Positions 27,161 to 32,000 of a DNA stretch of 32,000 bases are shown piece after piece. The translations under genes and the position numbers were made by a program. How positions within the stretch are numbered: position 1 is the stretch's first letter; every line of letters starts with the position of its first letter. The notes under the pieces are model-generated. The model saw only the letters and a program-made list of their open reading frames with translations, was not told where the DNA came from and searched no databases. This DNA comes from an uncultured archaeon (lineage in GTDB: Archaea > Iainarchaeota > Iainarchaeia > Iainarchaeales > 0-14-0-20-30-16): contig CAZMGA010000004.1 of NCBI GenBank assembly GCA_964565725.1, forward strand, positions 1 through 32,000, in the 5' to 3' direction.

Positions 27161-28279
27161 ATGACTTACAATATTTTATTTGGAATTTGTTCTTTAGGTA
27201 CTGGACATGTAGCTAGAATATTGCCTTTAATTAAAGAATATTTAAAACAAGGAAACAATATTTATGTGTTATCTGAAAAGAACGTTATTGAGTTTTTAAA
27301 AAATGATTTGGCACAAGAATTTCCAAAAAACAAAAATTATTTTTTGTTTGAGAAAGAAAAAGTTTATCCTAAATTTGAACGTGGAAAAAATATGTTAACC
27401 TATAAATTAAATTTAATTATAGATGGATTAAAAATGCCACATAGAATAAAATCTGAAAATAAAATTGTAGAAGAATTTGTTAAAAAATATAACATAGATT
27501 TTACTATTGGTGATGGGGATTATTCTATGTACTCTAAACAAGTTCCTAGTTTTATGTTTATTCATCAAATTGAGTTTATGTTTAGAGGATTATTTTATAT
27601 TGCTAGAAAAATATCTAGTTATTTTAATTTAAGTATATTCAAAAAATATACTCAAGTTTTTGTTTATGATATAAACGGAGAAAATAGTTTATCTGGAAAA
27701 TTAGCACATAATTGGTTTGCAAAGAAAGCAAATGTGAAATATATAGGTATAACAAGTCATTACAAAAAAATAGCTGTAGAAAAAGATATAGACTATTTAG
27801 TAATAATTAGTGGTTATTTAGCAGAACATAAAGTAGATTTTTATAATAAATTAATAAAAATATTAGAAAAAAAACCAGGTAAAAAAATATTTATTATGGG
27901 AGATTACGTTAATGATTATCATAAAAAATTAAAAGGTAATATAGAAGTATATTCTTCATACAAAGGTTTAGATAAACATAAAATATTTAATAGAGCAAAA
28001 ATGATTGTTTCTAGAACAGGATATACTACATTAATGGATTTGATTGAATTTGAAAAACCAGCAGTTTTAATACCTACTCCACATCAAAGCGAACAAGAAT
28101 ATCTTGCTCAATATCATAAAAATAAAGGTTATTTTAATATAGTTGATTCACAAAAAAAATTATCTGAAAAAACATTCATAATAAATAAACACAATACAAG
28201 AAAACTATATAAAAATAATTTTGGTAAAAGTGAAAATAATATAAGAGATGTAATAAAATCAATTTCTAAACATTTATAA
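27161..28279 (+). CDS. GT-B-type glycosyltransferase (MurG/family 28-like)
   Basis: N-terminal ILFGICSLGTGHVARILPLIKEYLKQGNNIYVL; C-terminal MIVSRTGYTTLMDLIEFEKPAVLIPTPHQSEQEYLAQYH. Confidence 0.82.
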   Translation: MTYNILFGICSLGTGHVARILPLIKEYLKQGNNIYVLSEKNVIEFLKNDLAQEFPKNKNYFLFEKEKVYPKFERGKNMLTYKLNLIIDGLKMPHRIKSENKIVEEFVKKYNIDFTIGDGDYSMYSKQVPSFMFIHQIEFMFRGLFYIARKISSYFNLSIFKKYTQVFVYDINGENSLSGKLAHNWFAKKANVKYIGITSHYKKIAVEKDIDYLVIISGYLAEHKVDFYNKLIKILEKKPGKKIFIMGDYVNDYHKKLKGNIEVYSSYKGLDKHKIFNRAKMIVSRTGYTTLMDLIEFEKPAVLIPTPHQSEQEYLAQYHKNKGYFNIVDSQKKLSEKTFIINKHNTRKLYKNNFGKSENNIRDVIKSISKHL

Positions 28280-28945
28280 ATCTGAAATGGTTTTAATCTC
28301 TATGTTATCGTAAGGCTTTTTTTGTTTTAAACTTATTTTATTTTCATTATTTAAAAGAAGTAAACTTATTATTAATGAATTAGTAGTTTTAATATTATTT
28401 TTTAATTCAAAATATGTTGTTTCTTTTTTATTTTGTAAAAAATCATAAATTCTTGTTTTTAATTTAAAATAACTTTCAATTTTTATTAAATAGTCAAAAT
28501 TTTTTTTTCTTTTTTCTTTGCCTTTGTTATCTACCCTATAAAACATATTTTTTAATTTTTTTTCTAATTCTAAAAGTTCATTATATTTTGCAATTAATTC
28601 TTCATTTTCAGGTAAATTTTCTAAAGGATTTTCATTTAAGTTTTGAATTTCATTTAATTCTTCTTTTATATTTTGTTCTAATTCTCTTAAACCAATTCTT
28701 CTTGCTTTACTTTTTAATAATATTGTACAAATTAAAACAATTAATGATGCATGTTTTAAATTTTCTTTGTCATATGCATCTTGAATAAGTTTATCTAATA
28801 ATTCGGAAACATTTAAATCCCAGATATTCATGCCATATTTTCTTATTAAATTGTGTAAAGTATTTTGCCAGGTATTTTTTTCAATTAATTCAAAAAATTC
28901 ATTTAGTGTTTTTTGGTTTATATCTTCTTTAATCATAATCATCAA
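28274..28945 (-). CDS. scpA: ScpA-like kleisin (SMC partner)
   Basis: WQNTLHNLIRKYGMNIWDLNVSELLDKLIQ and HASLIVLICTILLKSKARRI match the ScpA N-terminal pattern; C-terminal winged-helix-like segment. Confidence 0.75.
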   Translation of the reverse strand: MMIMIKEDINQKTLNEFFELIEKNTWQNTLHNLIRKYGMNIWDLNVSELLDKLIQDAYDKENLKHASLIVLICTILLKSKARRIGLRELEQNIKEELNEIQNLNENPLENLPENEELIAKYNELLELEKKLKNMFYRVDNKGKEKRKKNFDYLIKIESYFKLKTRIYDFLQNKKETTYFELKNNIKTTNSLIISLLLLNNENKISLKQKKPYDNIEIKTISDL

Positions 28946-29009
28946 GTAATAATATATCTAAAAATATATAAATTGTTTTTTGGAATACGTTTATTTCCAA
29001 AATTTAGTT

Positions 29010-29083
29010 ATGAAGCCACTGGGACTCGAACCCAGATAAACGGGGCCGAAACCCGTTAGGTTATCCGATTACCTCATAGCTCC
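29010..29083 (-). tRNA. tRNA-Arg (anticodon TCG)
   Basis: Reverse complement GGAGCTA-TG-AGGT...ACCT-A-ACGGG-TTTCGGC-CCCGT-TTAT-CTGGG-TTCGAGT-CCCAG-TGGCTTC-A folds as a cloverleaf; CCA not encoded. Confidence 0.94.
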
Positions 29084-29207
29084 ATAAATATATTATGCCT
29101 AAATCTTTATAATCTTATAATTGGTTAAATGCTTCGAAACATATAAAAAGGTAGCGTGTCAATAATATATATTACTTATTTTAAGTTATATAATAAAGGT
29201 GATTTTA

Positions 29208-29357
29208 ATGGCTATTTGTGTGAGCTGTAAAAAAGACGTAGATAAATATGTTAAATTTAAATGCCCAGAATGTGGTGCAGAAATAGTAAGATGTTCTAAA
29301 TGTAGACTTTTAGAAATAGATTATAAATGCCCTAAATGTGGTTTTAAAGGTATATAG
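29208..29357 (+). CDS. 49-aa archaeal zinc-ribbon protein with four CxxC pairs; absent from the supplied ORF track
   Basis: [49 protein letters not shown]; SD GGTGAT upstream; codirectional with aEF-1beta. Confidence 0.92.
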   Translation: MAICVSCKKDVDKYVKFKCPECGAEIVRCSKCRLLEIDYKCPKCGFKGI

Positions 29358-29366
29358 GTGTTTTAA

Positions 29367-29627
29367 ATGGGAGATATATTATTAGTTTATGAAGTAACTT
29401 TAGAAGATCAAGAATTAATTGATAAAGTAGAAGAAGCAATAAAAAAAATAACTGTTGGACAATTACAAGAAGTTAAAAGAGCGCCATTTGTTTTTGGAAC
29501 TGAATTATTAAGGGTTGCAATTATTGTGCCTGATAAAACAGATGGAATTTCTGATGCTGTTGAAACATTTTTAAATAGCATTGAAGGTGTGTCTTCTATA
29601 AATAATGTTGCAACAACTTTAATTTAG
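29367..29627 (+). CDS. ef1b: Translation elongation factor aEF-1beta
   Basis: 86 aa; MGDILLVYEVTLEDQELIDKVEEAI...APFVFGTELLRVAIIVPDKTDGISDAVETFLNSIEGVSSINNV. Confidence 0.93.
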   Translation: MGDILLVYEVTLEDQELIDKVEEAIKKITVGQLQEVKRAPFVFGTELLRVAIIVPDKTDGISDAVETFLNSIEGVSSINNVATTLI

Positions 29628-29635
29628 GTGAATAT

Positions 29636-30223
29636 ATGGTATTTATTGGAGATATAATAGCAAGAGAAGAAGAATACATAGGTGGTAGAGGTACTTATGT
29701 TGATGACGAAGGAAATATACGCGCAACAGTAATAGGCAAAGTAAATAAAAATGATGAAAAAAAAATAATATCTGTTAGAGGAAAAATGAATTTAGCAAGA
29801 AAAGGAGATTATGCTTTTGGTTTTGTAAGTGATGTTAAAGATAAAGTAATAATGATAAAAATTCAAGAAATTAAAGATCCAAAAAATAATTCTAAAGCTA
29901 TGTTAAAAAATTCAGGAATTATATTTATTCAAAATTTAAGTAATGGTTTTTTAGACAACCCTAAACAAGCAATTAAAATTGGAGATTTAATAAGAGCACA
30001 AGTAATTGATGAAGATGCAACCGCATATATTTTGAGTTTAAAAGAACCAAATTGTGGAGTATTTTTAGCAAAATGTTCTTCTTGTAGATCTGATTTAAAA
30101 TTTAAAGCAAAAGATAAAAATAGTAAAGATTTGGCATTGATGGTTTGTCCGAAATGTAATAATTTAGAAACTAGAAGAATTACTAGAGATTATGTTTATG
30201 GGAGTGATTTAAATGAAAATTAA
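29636..30223 (+). CDS. csl4: Archaeal exosome subunit Csl4
   Basis: N-terminal GRGTYVDDEGNIRATVIG, central S1-like domain, C-terminal zinc ribbon CSSC...CPKCNNLETRRI. Confidence 0.93.
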   Translation: MVFIGDIIAREEEYIGGRGTYVDDEGNIRATVIGKVNKNDEKKIISVRGKMNLARKGDYAFGFVSDVKDKVIMIKIQEIKDPKNNSKAMLKNSGIIFIQNLSNGFLDNPKQAIKIGDLIRAQVIDEDATAYILSLKEPNCGVFLAKCSSCRSDLKFKAKDKNSKDLALMVCPKCNNLETRRITRDYVYGSDLNEN

Positions 30224-30503
30224 ATTTATTGAAGAAACTTCTGAAAAATTAAAATTTGAATTATTAGATTCAAAATATACTATACCAGAAATGTTAAAAA
30301 ATCAATTATTAACACATAAAGAAGTAATTATGGCTTCAGGATTATTAGAACATCCAGAAGATAATAAATGTATTTTTGTATTAACTGTAAAGAAAGGATC
30401 AAATCCAAGAGAAATTTTAATTAAAACAATAGAAGAATTACAAAAAGAAGTTTTAGATTTTAAAAATCAAATGATTAAAGAATTACCAAAAGATAAAAAA
30501 TAA
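30213..30503 (+). CDS. rpoL: DNA-directed RNA polymerase subunit L (Rpb11-like)
   Basis: YTIPEMLKNQLLTHKEVIMASGLLEHPEDNKCIFVLTVKKGSNPREILIKTIEELQKE; positioned after csl4. Confidence 0.88.
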   Translation: MKIKFIEETSEKLKFELLDSKYTIPEMLKNQLLTHKEVIMASGLLEHPEDNKCIFVLTVKKGSNPREILIKTIEELQKEVLDFKNQMIKELPKDKK

Positions 30504-31372
30504 TGGTTCTTATGAAATTCTGGAAATATTTTGATTTATTTTATCCTTATGATAAACTAATTGAATTTCTCAAAAAAAAAGGTTTTGAAAATAAACCTTT
30601 ATCTTATTTTATTTTTATAATTTATGCTTTATTATTAGCATTTATTCTTTTAAAATTATTGGCTTTAATATTGGGCTCGCATGAAGCAATGATGATAGTA
30701 GTATCAGGATCTATGGAACCAAAATTAAATGTTGGAGATATAGTTGTTTTGTTTAGTCCTAAAACAATAAATACTAATTATATAGATTTAAATATGAACA
30801 TCAAAGATGTACCTATAAGTAATTATGCTGTAGCCAAATATAATATTCCTGATTTAAATTTAATTTTAAATAATTCTGAAATGGTTTATTTTATGCTTTA
30901 TTATAATTTTTTAGAAAAAAATTGTATTGATAAAAATTGTTTATTAACTGATTTTTATTATAATAAAAAATCAGCAGATTTTGAATATGTAAAAAAAATG
31001 TATCTTTCAAAAAAATATAATTTTTATGATTTAAATTTATATATTGATAATAAATTAGTAAACTTAGATAATACTTCTGATATCGTGGTTTATTATTCAG
31101 AATTACAAAAAAAAGAAATAATCCATAGAGCAGTATTAGGAATAAATGCTTTGGATGGTACATATTATTTAACAAAAGGAGATAACATAAAAACAAATTT
31201 TTTATTTGATGCTGATGGGGGGTTTTATATAAATAATCAAAAAGAATTATTTAAAGTGGATTATATTTATCCTTCAGCTTTGCCTAAAGAAAAGCTTTTA
31301 TCTAAACATCTATTTAAAATTCCTTTTTTGGGTTGGGTTAAATTAGGCCCTGCAAAACTATTTGGATTTTAA
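30503..31372 (+). CDS. Archaeal-type signal peptidase I
   Basis: TM helix then VVSGSMEPKLNVGDIVVL (catalytic Ser), KEIIHRAV (catalytic His region), YLTKGDNI, GWVKLG. Confidence 0.9.
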   Translation: MVLMKFWKYFDLFYPYDKLIEFLKKKGFENKPLSYFIFIIYALLLAFILLKLLALILGSHEAMMIVVSGSMEPKLNVGDIVVLFSPKTINTNYIDLNMNIKDVPISNYAVAKYNIPDLNLILNNSEMVYFMLYYNFLEKNCIDKNCLLTDFYYNKKSADFEYVKKMYLSKKYNFYDLNLYIDNKLVNLDNTSDIVVYYSELQKKEIIHRAVLGINALDGTYYLTKGDNIKTNFLFDADGGFYINNQKELFKVDYIYPSALPKEKLLSKHLFKIPFLGWVKLGPAKLFGF

Positions 31373-31412
31373 TTGTTTTAATTTGTAAATAACATTAAAA
31401 AATAAAAAATAG

Positions 31413-31432
31413 AAAAGTGCGTTTGCACTTTT
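31413..31432. terminator. Hairpin AAAAGTGC-GTTT-GCACTTTT between convergent genes; possible bidirectional terminator
   Basis: Perfect 8-bp stem, 4-nt loop, with T-rich runs on both strands, in the gap between 31372 and 31436. Confidence 0.6.
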
Positions 31433-31435
31433 AAT

Positions 31436-31834
31436 TTACTTAACTCTAATTATTCTAACTTTGTCGTCATCTCTTAAGTATTCAATTTCTGAACCATTTG
31501 TTATTTTGCTTAAAATTTCTGCTTCTTTTGGTTTTGGACTAGAAAATGTTTCATAAGATTGTAAATCCATTATTTGATAACTTTCTCCCATATCTGCTAC
31601 AACTTGTGCATTTCCTCTATCTACAATAGGAGATTTTACTTCGTCTCCACCAGAATATAAGGCATTACATTTCTTATCTGTAAAAACATCTACAGCAACT
31701 ATTCTTATTTTTGCTGCTCCGTGTTTTCCTGGTTTTGAATGATCTAAAGAAGTAATTTTACAAGGTAAACCTTCAATATCTATTAGGTTTCCTACTTTTA
31801 GACTATTTACTGCAATATATTTGAAATCTGACAT
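31436..31834 (-). CDS. eif5a: Translation initiation factor aIF5A
   Basis: LKVGNLIDIEGLPCKITSLDHSKPGKHGAAKIRIVAVDVFTDKK including the hypusination loop KPGKHG. Confidence 0.97.
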   Translation of the reverse strand: MSDFKYIAVNSLKVGNLIDIEGLPCKITSLDHSKPGKHGAAKIRIVAVDVFTDKKCNALYSGGDEVKSPIVDRGNAQVVADMGESYQIMDLQSYETFSSPKPKEAEILSKITNGSEIEYLRDDDKVRIIRVK

Positions 31835-32000
31835 TATCTCACCTTTTAAATAGTAATTATTAAATACTTATAAAATAAATTCAAAAGTGTTTATAAATCC
31901 TCTTGTAAATACTTATTTTAAAAAGTTTGCTATATTAATATATAATATATTAGTTGTTGGAAACGAAATTAATATAAATACTTTGAGGTAAATTTATTTA

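Noticed and set aside
28588-28788. Plus-strand ORF opposite scpA
   Set aside because: Antisense and Phe/Leu/His low complexity; scpA reading is better supported.
30891-31196. Minus-strand ORF opposite signal peptidase
   Set aside because: Antisense to the signal peptidase insert; no independent support.
1-32000. CRISPR arrays, transposases, integrases, prophage or toxin-antitoxin loci
   Set aside because: Looked for regular direct repeats with spacers and for hallmark proteins; none seen. The PIN domain in 10682..12286 has Nob1-like rather than VapC-like motifs and no adjacent antitoxin gene.

Overview
The window is a gene-dense, AT-rich stretch of an archaeal chromosome. The marker families are archaeal: LonB, Orc1/Cdc6, RpoK/RpoL, eS17, uL16, aEF-1beta, Csl4, aIF5A, archaeal class I CCA enzyme, tRNase Z, Lhr and XPD. 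The small, divergent proteins and tight packing suggest a DPANN-type lineage (inference). Most genes are housekeeping; I saw no CRISPR array, transposon, prophage or rRNA. I identified two tRNA genes, Lys(TTT) and Arg(TCG), neither encoding CCA, and small CDSs missing from the ORF track (RpoK, a 4xCxxC zinc-ribbon protein, a 20-codon Lys/Ala/Pro micro-ORF). The strongest candidate novelty is a 534-aa ORF (10682-12286, minus). It appears to fuse an N-terminal Nob1-like PIN ribonuclease domain to an archaeal CCA-adding tRNA nucleotidyltransferase, and it is divergently paired (47 bp apart) with tRNase Z, which suggests a tRNA 3'-end processing or quality-control module. Other items of interest are a 10-residue (30-bp) repeat gene interrupted by an in-frame TAA with an apparent AUA start, a very short archaeosortase-like protein near a four-gene cluster of prepilin-like proteins, a Lon-stomatin pair, and a Lys-rich tail on uL16 echoed by the downstream micro-ORF.
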